Assembly (NCBI RefSeq): GCF_009914755.1
Contig: NC_060940.1
Strand: one strand, 5' to 3'
DNA: 64,000 nucleotides
DNA from: the human T2T-CHM13v2.0 reference genome, Homo sapiens
The position numbers and the translations under genes were made by a program. Numbering within the stretch: the stretch's first letter is position 1; each line of letters opens with the position of its first letter. The notes below the pieces were generated by a model, which was not told the DNA's origin, did not search any database, and worked only from the letters and a program-made list of their open reading frames with translations. Positions 1 through 13,139 of the stretch are shown here, piece after piece.

Positions 1-287
1 AAGTTAACTAACGGAGTCAGACAGAGAAATACTACAGACCAGGAATTCTGCCTTTTCTGCAAAGCCTCTGGATTCACTTTCACTGAAAACAGCATAAGCT
101 TGATCCAGCAGGCTTCATGACAGGGGTGGGTGTGGGTAATAACAATAATTCAAATGGAAGTTCTCAGTGGGACTCTCCTTGAGTAAAAAGATGATTAACA
201 ATCCTCAAATACACTCAGTTCAGGAGATTCTCTTTTAAGATGATTAACCTGAGAGCTCAGGAAAAGTCCGTGTATTACTTTGAGGGA
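1..287 (+). pseudogene. IGHV clan III relic V-exon (IGHV(III)-13-1-like orphon copy), 5' end outside the window
   Basis: FR1 motif TGCAAAGCCTCTGGATTCACTTTC (58-81) and FR3 end CTGAGAGCTCAGGAAAAGTCCGTGTATTACTTT; stops and frameshifts, 2nd-Cys lost; followed by an RSS. Name inferred from its position upstream of an IGHV3-13-like gene. Confidence 0.85.
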
Positions 288-326
288 CACAGTGAGGGGA
301 CATCTGAGTGAGCTCAGACACCAACC
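288..326 (+). promoter_or_regulatory. 23-bp-spacer recombination signal sequence
   Basis: CACAGTG 288-294, 23-nt spacer 295-317, nonamer ACACCAACC 318-326. Confidence 0.9.
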
Positions 327-365
327 TCCCTGCAGGGGGACAGGAGGGGACTGCCTGGTAGATGC

Positions 366-1730
366 TTCTCAGAACCACCAGGGGGTGCTCCGGACATCAG
401 GGGGCGCTAAGAACCATCAGGGGATGCTCAGGACACCAGGGGGTGCTCAGGACACCATGGGTTACTCAAAACCACCAGGGGGCGCTCAGAACACAAGGGG
501 GCACTCAAAACCACCAGAGGGTGCTCAGAACCACCATGGGGCACTGATGACAAGAAGGGATGTTCAGAACCACCTGGGGGTGCGGAGCCTCAGGAAAACA
601 GCGGGTGCTCAGAACCACCAGGGGGCACTCAGGACACTGGGGTGGGGGTCACTCAGAACCACCAGGGGGCACTCCAGACACGGTGGTGAGGGGTAGCTCA
701 GGATAGCAGGGGTGCTCAGAACCACCAGGGGGCGCTCAGGACACTGGGGGGGGGTGTGGCGGGGGGGGGTCACAGAGAACCACAAGGGGGCACTCCAGAC
801 ACAGTGGTGAGGGGTAGCTCAGGATAGCAGGGGTGCTCAGAACCACCAGGGAGCGCTCAGGACACTGGGGGGGGGGGGGGTCACTCAGAACCACCAGGGG
901 GCACTCCAGACACTGTGGTGAGGGGTAGCTCAGGATAGCAGGGGTGCTCAGAACCACCAGGGGGCACTCAGGACACTTGGTGGGGGTCACTCAGAACCAC
1001 CAGGGGACACTGGAGACACCAGGGAGCCCTCAGGACACTAGGGGGAGCTCAGAAACACCAAAGGGCAATCAAGACACCAGGGGGATCTCAGAACCACCAG
1101 GAGGTGCTCAGGACACCAGGGGTCTCAGAACCACTAGGGTGTGCTCAGAACCACGAGGGGGCCCTCAGGACCCCAGGGGATGCTCAGATCCACTAGGGGG
1201 ATCTTAGGACCCCAGGGGGCTCAGAACCACTAGGGGGTTTTGAGGACACCAGGGGGCGCTCAGGACACCAGGGGGTGCTCAGAACCACCAGGGGGTACTC
1301 AGGAAACCAGGGGACTCAGAACCACTAGGGAGCACTCAGGACATGAGGAGGCACTCAGAACCACCGGGGACGATCGGGACACCAGGTGGTTCAGAACCAC
1401 TAGGGTGTGCTCAGAACCACCAGGGGTGCTCAGAACCCCAGGGGGGCGCTCAGGACACCAGGGGCATCTCAGAATCACCAGGCCGTGCTCAGGACACCGG
1501 GGGGTGCTCAGGACCTCCAGGGGCGCACAGGACGCAAAGGATAGCTCAGAACCTACAGGGGGCGATCAGAACACCAGGGTGCGTTGAGGACAAGGGGCTC
1601 ACAGGACACAACGATGTGCTTAGTAAACCAGGGGTTGCTCACAACCACCAGGGGGTACTCAGGACACCAGGGGGTGCTCAGGAAACCAGGGAGCAGTGAG
1701 GACACCAAGGGGCACTGAGGACACCACTGC
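366..1730 (+). repeat. G-rich minisatellite of alternating CTCAGAACCACCAGGGGG / CTCAGGACACCAGGGGG units (~20-21 bp) containing CTCF-consensus motifs
   Basis: Dozens of degenerate units; exact CCACCAGGGGGCGC at 472-485 and 722-735; higher-order ~111-121 bp repeat between ~608 and 970. Confidence 0.92.
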
Positions 1731-3440
1731 TCCCTTAGGAGGCAGCTCCAAATCAGGTCCCTGAGTGGGAGCAGGGAGGAGGGTTCCTCTTGTATCTTGC
1801 CACTAACATGGTGGGAGTTTTTCTGCTTCCTTTGTGGTTTCAATCATTGGCAGATTCTTCGGTATAAAGCAGAGCAAGTATAAAGCTCTGCTTTCTTGTA
1901 TTGTGTCATGTTTTTGGCTTTGGATGCTACCAGAATTACGTTGTACTTTGAGAGGATTCATTCATGGTGTGTGCAATAGTGAATGAAAGCGGTAATTTTA
2001 GGGGTGGCTTTGAAAGCTATGTTAGGTGTGGCTGAGGGCAGTTTACAGGAAATGGTCATCACTATAGAAGGCTACTCATTTCTTTGCACATTTGCATAAG
2101 CAATTGTACTTTATGAATTAAAAACTGCATGTTTTCTTGGCCCTTTTTCTTAAATGGTCCCACTCTAAGGGCAGTAATGTAATCAAGCTGTGTTTCAAAG
2201 ACCTCCAATCAAGTTAAGTCTGTTTAGTGAAATGCTTTGTAAAGAAAATGTACATCTATTTTTCAGAGTCACCTTTACATTTTACATTGCTTTACAAATA
2301 TTAATTTGGTAAATTTAGACTCATAATTGTCTTCAGTAATTTAAAATCTTAAACTCATGTCATGTTAAATTAAGTAATCCTAGGCTTCTCACTGTGAATT
2401 AGGGTTACTAAAAATTAGAATAGTAAGAGAGTATAATCAATTTATGGTGAAGTTTATAAAGAAAGATGAGGATATGTTTTTGGCTTAAAAATATTTTGTT
2501 TTCCGGTTTACAGGGCCTTTCTACTGGTTTTAAGATGACAACCACTGTTTACATCTAACCCTTTTTTGTTGAACATCTGTTGAGTTTGTATTGATATTCC
2601 ATAGCTAGAGTTTTAAAGTAAAAGCTCTAGTATCTTTGTATTAGTGTGAATGTGTGCTTGTATGTATTATGTACATATATATATATTTTTTTGTTATGTG
2701 TTATGGCTACAAGGTACAAAATTGACTTTAAAATAAATAACTATTTTAAATTAAGTCAATGAGCCCTAACGCATCTGAAGTACATGTAACTTAAATAAAT
2801 ATGTAATAAATAAGCTGGCTTCAAAATTATTGGTAAAATAAAATTAGAAATATTTTAACAATTATCAGAATACCTTATGGTTTATATCAATTGATCAAGT
2901 GATTTTATATTTAAAATTGCAGCTGGATGTTATATGGTGTGAAACATTTCTATGAAGATTATAAAATTATTAACCTAGTTAAAACCAGAATGATCTTTGT
3001 AATTTGACAAATAAGATGTTTAATATTATTGTTTTAATAAAAAACAGGTAAATAGTTATTGGAAATACAATCATTTATTTAATAAGAATTTTACTTAGGT
3101 AAACACCTGAAATTCATGGGTTATAATATGGATAACAGGGAAAAAGCTTTAAAGGATGAGTATTATAGTTTTCATAAATGATCTAGGTAAGCTATTTAAA
3201 AAATAAATTAAGTTAATGTAACACAATAAACCTTTTAAATAAACTTGTTCTACAATTTAAAAATCTAAAGTTTAATTAAATAATAGATATTGACTAAATG
3301 TTTAGGTCATTGCTAATCATTTTAAGAATGTATACTATAAGAAAATATTTTTGTAAAATATTTGTTCTTACAAAAAGATTTTATTTAATTCAGAGGTTAC
3401 TTATAAAACATCCTAAACATAACCAGTAAATAAGAGAGAT

Positions 3441-3500
3441 GCCACTGCACTCCAGCCTGGGTGAAAGAGCAAGATTCTGTCTCAAAAAAAAAAAAAAGAA
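3441..3500 (+). mobile_element. Alu 3' fragment with A-tail
   Basis: GCCACTGCACTCCAGCCTGGGTGAAAGAGCAAGATTCTGTCTC followed by poly-A. Confidence 0.85.
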
Positions 3501-4537
3501 ATTTTTAGACATAGAGGAGTACTTTTGGTGTGAAAGGTTAAAATAAAAAAATAAAAATAATTTTATATGAGAAAGAATCTTGTATTGCAACTTTTTATCC
3601 TAAAATAAAAATGACTTTATTTAAGAAAGAGTGATGTTTAGAATAAAACTATATGTTCAAGTATGCCATAAGCGTTTTTTGTAAGTCAAACTAAGGTTTG
3701 TAAAAAGTTAATTTATTAAAATAACTTCATATTATGAAGTTGACTATAATTAAAAGGGAAGTATTTATAATAGTCCTTATAGATTTGTAGAGATCTGGCT
3801 TTCATATAAAAATATATAAATATACTAAAGATTGGTTAGAATGAAAAATTGTCTTAAAGTATTGATTTACTCAATAAAATTATAAGATATTTTAATTTTT
3901 TAACCCAAAAGTTTAACTCTTAAACTGCGTCTTGCCAGTTTTATTCTCTTTTGAGAAGGCTTGAGAGGATCTCAAATTTTTCATGAGCTCATCTAACAAT
4001 TTTTTTCTTACAGCAGTTAGCCTCTAACAGAGTTAACTTCTAACGTTGTTAGCTTCTAACTGCTATGATTGCCTGATGCTAAAAATCTTTTATATTAAAG
4101 TTCTTAATAAAATGTTTTATTTCAATATAGTATTCTGCACTCTTGGGTTTTTTAAAATGTCTATATTTGTCTATGAAACCAAAATCTTCACTTGTAATCC
4201 AAGACACATTCTTCCTATGTCTAATTAATCAAATACTTCGTTTCATTAGAGTTGACTTGCAGGTTATCTACATGGATTTCCCCACAGGGAAACACAGTCA
4301 CACTGCTGAAGGTGTTTTTTTTTCCCATTTGGTAAATGGCATAAAACAAATTTTATATTTTCTTGAAATACTTCCTCTGTAGTTGTTTTTAAGTTTTTCA
4401 ACTACTTAGGAATACTGAGATTTTGAGAAAATATAAATTAATGTTATTACGTTAATGTAACTATCTGCGTAACTTTTAAAGGCCTTGTGCTGCTACATTA
4501 CTGATCTTTGATTCCTAGGTCTAAAAAGGATACACAA

Positions 4538-4812
<275 letters not shown>

Positions 4813-7024
4813 GACACCGAGTCTTGCTAAATTTTAAACTCTGACAGCAATTGAAGCCCCATCTAGAGATGTGGAAGAAAATGACAATAAAAATTAATCA
4901 CACACTTAAGACACAAGGCCAGAAATTGAATCTACTCAACCACTCCAGGCCCAGGGACTGTTACAGAAGAAGTGGTTTGTAAGATTGTAAAAGCTAATTT
5001 TGAAAGATGAAATTACTTGAAAGTTTCTTTATACAGTAAACATTAATTGACAAGGGTTTCTTGAAGAATTAATCCACTTTTTAATTTGAAAAACTTATAA
5101 AAGTTTATAAGAGATCATTTGAAATTAAATTTTATGGTAAAAGTAATTATAATGTAATAGATTTATTTTTCGGAATTGAGAGACAGTTTTAACTTCTCTC
5201 ATGCTGTTCTTATAAGGGGTTATTGTTTAGAAAATTAATTCTTCTCTTTGAAAAATAAAAGTTTTTGCTTTCTTTCAAAATCACTGAGTTCTCACTGGAC
5301 TAAATAAATAACTTACATTACAACAATCTGTAATCCTATTTTGTAATATCAAACATTGTAAACTTTTGATATTTGACAAACTTCACAAAATAAAATTCTA
5401 AATGCAGTCATTTGACCTCATTATTCTTTTCTGATATTAGGTCCCCAAAGCCAAAATTAAACTTATTCAGCTTATTTGGTATAATTAAAATATGCAGGGA
5501 GCTACGTCAAATTTGCAAAAGTGTTTTAACTTTGGACTATATTTAAATAAATGTGGACTATATAATTGGACCATATTTATATAAATTAAAGAGCATATTT
5601 TCCAAAATTGTATGAGATCCAAGTGATTTGATATGTCTTAGTATATTTTATCGGTAGTGTTTATGATTATTATGTAAAATTTCTGTTTATTGCAGAAGTA
5701 ACCAAATTTTCCCCTCAATTCTGCCTTTAACCATGGCTATTCTAAAACTTCAGTCATCCACAGTTGGTGTTTTACTTTGATTCTTTATCAAGTGGCTTAT
5801 AATAATCTATAGAATTTTGAGGAGTACTCTTAAATATACGATTGTGACAATTTTATAAATTGTGCCATTGGTATAGAGATTAAAACTTCCAAGACTCTCA
5901 TTGATACCTGATTGATTTCTGATGATTGTTAATCTAATATTAAGCAGGACAGGACTTAATTGAATGAACTGAATTGACAGAAGACTGAAATTATTTTTAT
6001 GGCTTATTCTTTAAAGCATTTGCTAATTACTTATGTTCTGTTTTTTCAGAATCAGGAAAAGTTTGTCTTTTAAGCTATTCACAGTTGTTAACAATTGAGT
6101 ATGGTATACTTTATTAAGAAAAAAATAAAAACATAATATCTTCTTATATACATAATTTCTCCAAAATTTGGAAACTGTGAGTATTCTTATATCAAAATAG
6201 TTATTTGCATAGGTTCAATAAAAATCTGCTTTCTTCCATAACAGGGCACAATTGGAGACAATGGTCATTTTACTAAGTCTTTAACTTGAATTATATATTT
6301 TCATATTTACTTTATAAAATGAATCTAACCTGGAGAGCTGATAAAGCCCTTTGGGAAAACTGGCATGTACCTTTTTTTTTTTTTTTACAGGGCCCTGAAG
6401 TGTAGTAAGTAAACAATTTAATTTCTGACAGACCCAGGACTCCCAAGTTTTCTTGGAAACTTGAAAAAAGAGAAAGTAACCCAATTCACATAGCTATCTG
6501 GTGGCACAGATAAAATATTGACTGGGCTTGAAGATTTTAAAGATTCTACCCTTTGACTCCTTACAAAAAATTTCTAGCAAAGTCCATTTATGAATAAAAT
6601 TGCCTATGTACAAACAAAAAATAGAAAACAAAAAAAGAGAGCTAATATGTTAAATGATTATTTTGCTGCCTCTTATACAAAAAAACCAGGCCAAGTCTCA
6701 TAAGCCTAAAACTGATTTTACAAATAAATTGGTCCTACTATGATTTTGTCTCGAATAAAATTGGGGAATTATAGAGAGAAATATTATTTCAAAATAAACT
6801 ATAGTGCATCAGTTAATAGATTTTAACCTTGTCCACTCGCTTTTCAATTTATATTATCTTCTACAATTTGGACTGAATTTTAAAGCGTATCTTTGCACAA
6901 GTCTCCAAAATAACGTTTTCAATTATTTCCCTTTTTAAATATTTTTCCTAACTTGAAACCAGCAGAAGTTAAGCTGTGCTTTCTTACAGCTAGACAATGT
7001 AAATTCTAAAGAAAATAAAATCAA

Positions 7025-7392
7025 TGATATGGTTTGGCTCTGTGTCCCTACCCAAATCTCACCTTTTATTGTAATAATTCACACATTGCAAGGGTGGAAT
7101 GAGGTGGAAATAATTGAATCATACGGGCTGTTTTCTTCCTGCTTTTCTCCTGTTAGTGAGTGAGTTATCACAAGATTTGATAATTTTATGAGGGGCTTCC
7201 CTCTTCACTTAACACTTCTCTCTCCTGCAGTCATGTGAAATAGCATGTGTTTGCTACCCTTTGCATCATGATTGTAAGTTTTTTGTGGCCTCCCCAACCA
7301 TGAAGAACTGTGAGTTAATTAAACCTATTTTTCTTTATAAATTACCCAGCCTCATGTATGTCCTTATAGCAACCTGAACATGGACTAATACA
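7025..7392 (+). mobile_element. THE1 (MaLR) solo LTR
   Basis: Starts TGATATGGTTTGGCTCTGTGTCCC, ends GGACTAATACA; imperfect 5-bp TSD ATCAA/AGCAA. Confidence 0.85.
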
Positions 7393-7435
7393 AGCAACTT
7401 AATTACATATGAAGTCTCCTTTTGTACCTGCCTAT

Positions 7436-8663
7436 TGTGAAGAGAAAATAAATCTTGAGACCCCAAAATCACTAAGCTAAAGAGAAGAGTCCAGCTGGTG
7501 TAATAGGAGATAGAAAGAAATTATTTAGGTAGATAGTTAGGATGAAAGAGTCTCTGGCAAAAACTTTTCTTCTAACAAGAATCAGCTCAAAAATAACTTC
7601 TTTTCTAATCAGACACAGTTCAAAGAGATCACTTCTAACAAAGAGCAGCCTGAAAGATCGGGCTGTAAAATATAGATAAACAACTCTGGCAGAGAGGGTA
7701 TTTCTGTTTGTAATCACCAAAGTTCACATACATAGGATGGGTCCCAATAAAAACACTGGGCCTTAATGAGCACATTCCTTTCCTTTTCTGGGGTCACACT
7801 GAGCTAGGAAAGCTGTTAGCTTGTACGGGGTTTGGGATGCCCCCAGCTGCAAGGAGGTACCTGGGACCTGGCATGGAAACTCCTCCCTCCTTTTTCAGCA
7901 CACGCATGGTGGAAGGAGATAAGGAACGTGGAGCAGACCAAGCTAAGTCCCCACCTGCATAATAAAAGCATGAGATGGGGCTGCCAGAGACTTCGCTCTA
8001 TGCAGATGGCACACCTGGTCCTGTTTTTGCATCCTATGTTGATAAGATACCCTCTCCCCAGTAGCACATTTATAAAAATCCTTACATTTTACTGCAGCAC
8101 AGCAACCCATTTGGGACCCCTTTCTGTGACAGAGAGCTTTTTTTTTTTCCTTTTACATATGAAATTTCTGCTCCAACCTCACCTTTTGTGTGTCTGTGTC
8201 CTTGATTTTCATAGCCACGACACAAAGAACCTTCGGTGATATTCCAGAAAACAAGGGTGTTTTACTGGAAAGGGCTTTGGGCAAACCTGCCTCCCTTTCT
8301 ATTCAAAGTCATTCCTCTGAGGCCCACATGAGACAGATACATATCTGATTGCTTCCTCTTCAGTATCACTTATGAAAAAATGAAGATTCACTAAGTCTGA
8401 CTAAATTGTGGATTCAGTGGTAGGCTGATAAAGGACTTAAAACAATGCAATCTACTGTGTCTTATCTACTTCTAAACTGCAAAACCCCCTCTCAATTTGT
8501 CCTGTCTTGAAGGAAAAAAAAATGTACATTTTACATATATTGATTGATGTCTCATGTCTCTCTAAAATGTATAAAAGCAAGCTGTACTTCTATCACCTTG
8601 GGCACATGTCTCAGGACTTCCTGAGGCTTGCCATGGGTGGGTTCTTAACTTTGGCAAAATAAA
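7436..8663 (+). mobile_element. MER4A-type LTR interrupted by a nested LTR
   Basis: Starts TGTGAAGAGAAAATAAATCTTGAGACCCCAAAATCACTAAGCTAAAG; resumes at ~8265 with GGGCAAACCTGCCTCCC; homologous to 11375-11974. Confidence 0.75.
7499..8264 (+). mobile_element. MER50-like solo LTR nested in the MER4 LTR
   Basis: GGAGATAGAAAGAAATTATTTAGGTAGATAGTTAGG resembles the MER50 5' end; 4-bp TSD CTGG at 7495-7498 and 8265-8268. Confidence 0.7.
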
Positions 8664-8904
8664 TGTATTAGTCTGTTCTCCTGCTACTAATAAAAACATA
8701 ACCAAGCCTGGGTAATTTGTAAAGGAATGAGGTTTAATGGACTTATGGTTCCACATGGCTGGGGATGCTTCACAATCATGTCAGGAAAGCAAGGGACATC
8801 TTACATGGTGGCAGACAAGAGAGAGTTTGTGCAGGGGAACTCCCCTTGATAAAACTATCAGATCTAATGGGACTTATTCACTATCATGAGAACAGCATGG
8901 GAAA
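8664..8904 (-). mobile_element. THE1 LTR, partial
   Basis: TGTATTAGTCTGTTCTC...GAGGTTTAATGGAC...CACTATCATGAGAACAGCATGGGAAA. Confidence 0.8.
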
Positions 8905-9319
8905 GTGCTGACTTACTGCAGGAGAACTACGTAATTTTATATTTCCCTATGTGCTTCTTTTTCATTACACATGTAAATTTTCTTACCATCCAAACTTCCC
9001 CTCTACCCAGCTTTTCCTCTGTGTATATTGAAAGCCCTAAAAATCGTCTTTAAGGAATGGCACTAACCACACACAGTTTCTGTGGTTACTTTTATTTTTC
9101 TTCCAGGCTGTCCTAACTTTGAGAAAATTAATTTTAATTTGATTGAGATCTGTCTCAGAAACCTTTGGTTTACACTAGGAAAGATCCCAAATTAGGAGCC
9201 AATTACTGTAAAAATCAGCCATACCACTCTGCGTGTGTGTGTGTGGGGGGGGTGGTTGGTGTATATGTGTGTGTACATGCATGTTTTCATTTCTGTGGGC
9301 TTTAAGCCATGTAGTTCTC

Positions 9320-9656
9320 TCTGTGAAGATACTTTTTGGCATGAACTTTGAATAGAGAATTGTAAGAGAAATAAGAGGCTCCTATGAATTATCTGAAAGT
9401 TTCTGGACTCACCATGGATCTTGACTGTGTCATTGCATCTGACAGTCCCAGGGAAGTGACTCTCTGGTGGTTTCATGAATCTGTGCTTGGGCTCTCCCTG
9501 CAGTTTACTGGGTATAGTAATGACAAATCACTGTTTCAAGAGACAATTTCAAAAGCATCAGATGCTGCTGAAAGAGGATTGTGAACCAGGGGACAGCCCT
9601 TTCATTCTGGGAGAGCAACATTGGGAGAATATGCTCTGTGAGCCCAAACAGCATCC
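9320..9656 (+). pseudogene. Highly decayed IGHV-like relic with RSS remnant
   Basis: TCTGGACTCACC (9402), CCAGGGAAG (9448), ATCACTGTTTCAAGAGACAATTTCAAAAGC (9527), GGACAGCCCTTTCATTCTGG (9591), then AACATTG...TGTGAGCCCAAACAGCATCC; motif offsets match those in the intact IGHV3. Confidence 0.65.
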
Positions 9657-10424
9657 TCCCCAGCAGGGTGAGGGCAGAGCTGCAGGGCAGGCCCAGAACC
9701 CACTCAACACAGACGTCAGCCCTGAGCTGGTGCAAAGGAGTCTGAGGAGAAAATTTTACCAGCATCTGAATTACACTTATTTCAAACAAAAATGCATGTC
9801 CTGTGAGTGTTTGTTTCACTATTAGAGGAGTTCTGTACTCATGAAGTTCTGGACATGCCAGCGGACAAATATCAGTAAACAAACATCAGAACTTGAACCT
9901 CAGCTTCCCACTGTTGCATTCTCCATGTGTCATCTCTATTATTTCTCATGCTAGATCAGGTATTTAGCTATGAAATATTCCAGTTAATTAACATGTAAGT
10001 AGCTTGAAGTCTACTGAGTTAAATACATATATTTTCTCCTGTTTTTCCCAGGTGTTCCCTCCCACACCTCCAATAGTCTCCACTATTATCATCGTCTTCT
10101 AGATCTTCTGCGATGCCCTGGAGATTAAGGATTTGATTCCATGACAGAGAGGAGGTACATTTCGATGGAACTTTGGTGAGAACCTTGGTTTTTATCCCAT
10201 TTCCTCTGGGGCTCCACCAGTGCCTCTGGAATCATGGTTTCAGTGGCTTGCCCCTGTATGGTAGGTAATCCCTTTATTCTGTAGTGCTGATGAGGGAGGT
10301 GGGTCTGAACGCATTTCGGTAGTATGGGCTCTCCTTCTGTCTCAGACAGACACTTTGGGAAAGGAAGATTTTTCTGAGTGTCCTCATTCTAGAACAAAGG
10401 GATTCAATTGTATAGGAATGCGGA

Positions 10425-10845
10425 TAATAGAAAACCTTCAGCCAAATTAAGGTTAATGAGATTAATTGAGCAATGGATGATTCATGAATTGGGCAGCCCC
10501 CAGAATCGCAGCAGATTCAAAGAGACTTCAGTGCAGTCACATGGTGGAAGAAGGTTTATAGATTAGAAAAATGATGTACAGAAATCAGAAGTGAGGTACA
10601 GAAACAGCTGGATTGGTTACAGGTTGTTTTTGTCTTATTTAAACAAAATGTGCACACTCAAGAGTGTATGAGTGGTTGAGGTATGGCTGCTGGAATTGGC
10701 CAAGACTCCGCTATTGTTACAGGCTCATGCTCTGAAGTTGGCTTTTCAATCTTGTCCACCTATTCAGGTAGGTTACAGTTTGTCCAGAAGGACTCAAACA
10801 CAGAAGTACGGAGTCCTTCTCAGGCCATATTTAATTCACTTTATC
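10425..10845 (-). mobile_element. ERV1 LTR (MER57-like)
   Basis: TTAATTGAGCAATGGATGATTCATGAATTGGGCAGCCCCCAGAATCGCAGCAGATTCA resembles reverse MER57 as recalled; ends approximate. Confidence 0.55.
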
Positions 10846-10942
10846 AGTGCCCTTCAGTATGTGGTTCCTGAGAATTTTACACGACAACACGTTTACCTCA
10901 CTGGAATTTAAGCAATCCAACACGTTTGTAGCTTTGTCTTGT

Positions 10943-11256
<314 letters not shown>

Positions 11257-11374
11257 TGTAGCTTTGTCTTGTAATAGGCTATATTTCATGTGGCAGCCTC
11301 GGCCTCAGTTTAGCTAACACTATGGCTTCATTTCTCTCTACAAGAACTCATTTCTTTCAAGATTTCCACGTTCC

Positions 11375-11974
11375 TGAAAGGAAAATAAACCTTTGGGACC
11401 ACCAAATCACTAAGCCCAAGGGAAGTCAAGCTGAAAACTGTTTGGGGTAAATCCACCTCCATTATTTCACTAAAATGATAGCTACTACGGTTTTTAAAAG
11501 CTACAGACCTCCTTCAAAATTTGACCACAAGTAAAATCCTTGTGGGCCAAAGACAGACAGAGTCATTTCTCTGCTCATGTAAGTCAAATGCATATCTGAT
11601 TGCTCCCTTTGCTCTATTATTTCACTAAGCCAGATTAAGGCCTACGTGACTATTCCTGTAAATTGTGCATTCAGTTAAAGGCTAATCAGAAACTCAAATA
11701 ATGCAACCATTTCTCTCAAACCTACCTATGATCTAGAAGCCCTCTCCCCACTTCAAGTTGTCCTGCCTTTCTGAACTAAATCAATGTACATCTTATATAC
11801 ATATATTGATTAATGTCTCATGCCTCCCTAAATTGTATAAAACCAAGCTGTGCCCACAAGCTTGGGCACACATCATCAGGACTCCCTGAGGCGGTGTCAC
11901 AGGCATGTCCTTAATCTTGGAAAATGAACTTCCTAAATCTATTGAGATTAGTCTCAGATACTCTTTGGTTTACA
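11375..11974 (+). mobile_element. MER4-family solo LTR
   Basis: TGAAAGGAAAATAAACCTTTGGGACC...GTCTCAGATACTCTTTGGTTTACA. Confidence 0.75.
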
Positions 11975-13139
11975 GGTTTGTTTTTTGTTTCATAACTTCA
12001 ATTATTTGACATGCTAAAGAAAATTTGCCAAATAGCACATTCTCTTGTTTACGTGTTATTGTTGTTGCAAAAATAATATATTTTATATATAATTTATCAT
12101 CTATGTACATTACCAAATTGAGTAGCAGATTTATTAGTAAGACCCAAAGTAATGAAAAGTTTGAATACCAATTAGCAACTTAGAAAAACAAATTATGCTA
12201 CATTTGTTTGCTGAAATGCTACCTATTATTTATTAAAAAATAAACAATACAACATAAAAGGTTTAATTCTCGGTATTTCTACTGAGAAAAATAAGCCAAA
12301 TAGATAAGAGTACATACTATATTGTTTCATTCTTATAAATTCTAGAGAATAAAAACTAGTCTAAAGAAATATGAAAACATCAGTACTTTTATAAAGAAAT
12401 GGTAGAAGAAAAGAGGAGAAAAACAAAATTATGTCTGTAAAAGAGCAAGAGGAATTCTGAGGTGAGTTGACTTGTCACCTTCTTGAAAATAGAGATTTTC
12501 TTTATCAAAGTTTACTATTATGCAGGTTAAATATGTGAATTTTATCATCTGTCAATTAAAACTCATAAAATGTATTACAAGTAAACAAGTGAAATTTTAG
12601 ACAAAAAAGGGATGATAAGAAGGAACAAATGAATACATTAAATATCAGATACACCAAAAATTTATCTGCCTGATGCCTAGATGTTTCCGTATTTTTAGGT
12701 AAATGCAGCAAAATCACACAGGTTCTCGTGGCAGGAAGTGGATTCTGCAAACCACACTAGGCCCATTTAGCTCTGTCCAATAGTTGGTTAAGAGAGCAAT
12801 TGAGGCCAGCTGTGAGGAGCATAGGCCCAGGTACTAGGACTCACTCATGCCAGATATAAGCCCTTAGACACATACATAGCCCCTCCATGTGTGGGTTCAC
12901 TTTTACATCTGTAAACGAAGAAACCACTGAGTGCTAAATAACATCATTTATACACATAGGTAAAAATAATTAAAAATATGATAGTTGTTAAATGTTTATC
13001 GCACAACAATTTCACATTAAGACAGCATTTTCCCAAACACAATCATTGTCATCAAAATCCCCCAGGACGCTCTCATCTACTCTGGGCCCTGCCCTCTCCT
13101 CAGGAGTCCCACCCCATAGCTTGCTATATAGTAGGTGAC

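Noticed and set aside
800-917. CACAGTG (800) and CACTGTG (911) heptamers inside the array
   Set aside because: No nonamer at 12 or 23 nt spacing.
366-1730. Possible CRISPR-like array or Ig switch region
   Set aside because: No unique spacers and a human context; lacks the dense GAGCT/GGGGT pentamers of switch regions.
280-1843. Several 60-140 aa ORFs with repetitive peptides
   Set aside because: Translations of the minisatellite, mostly with non-ATG starts; no coding evidence.
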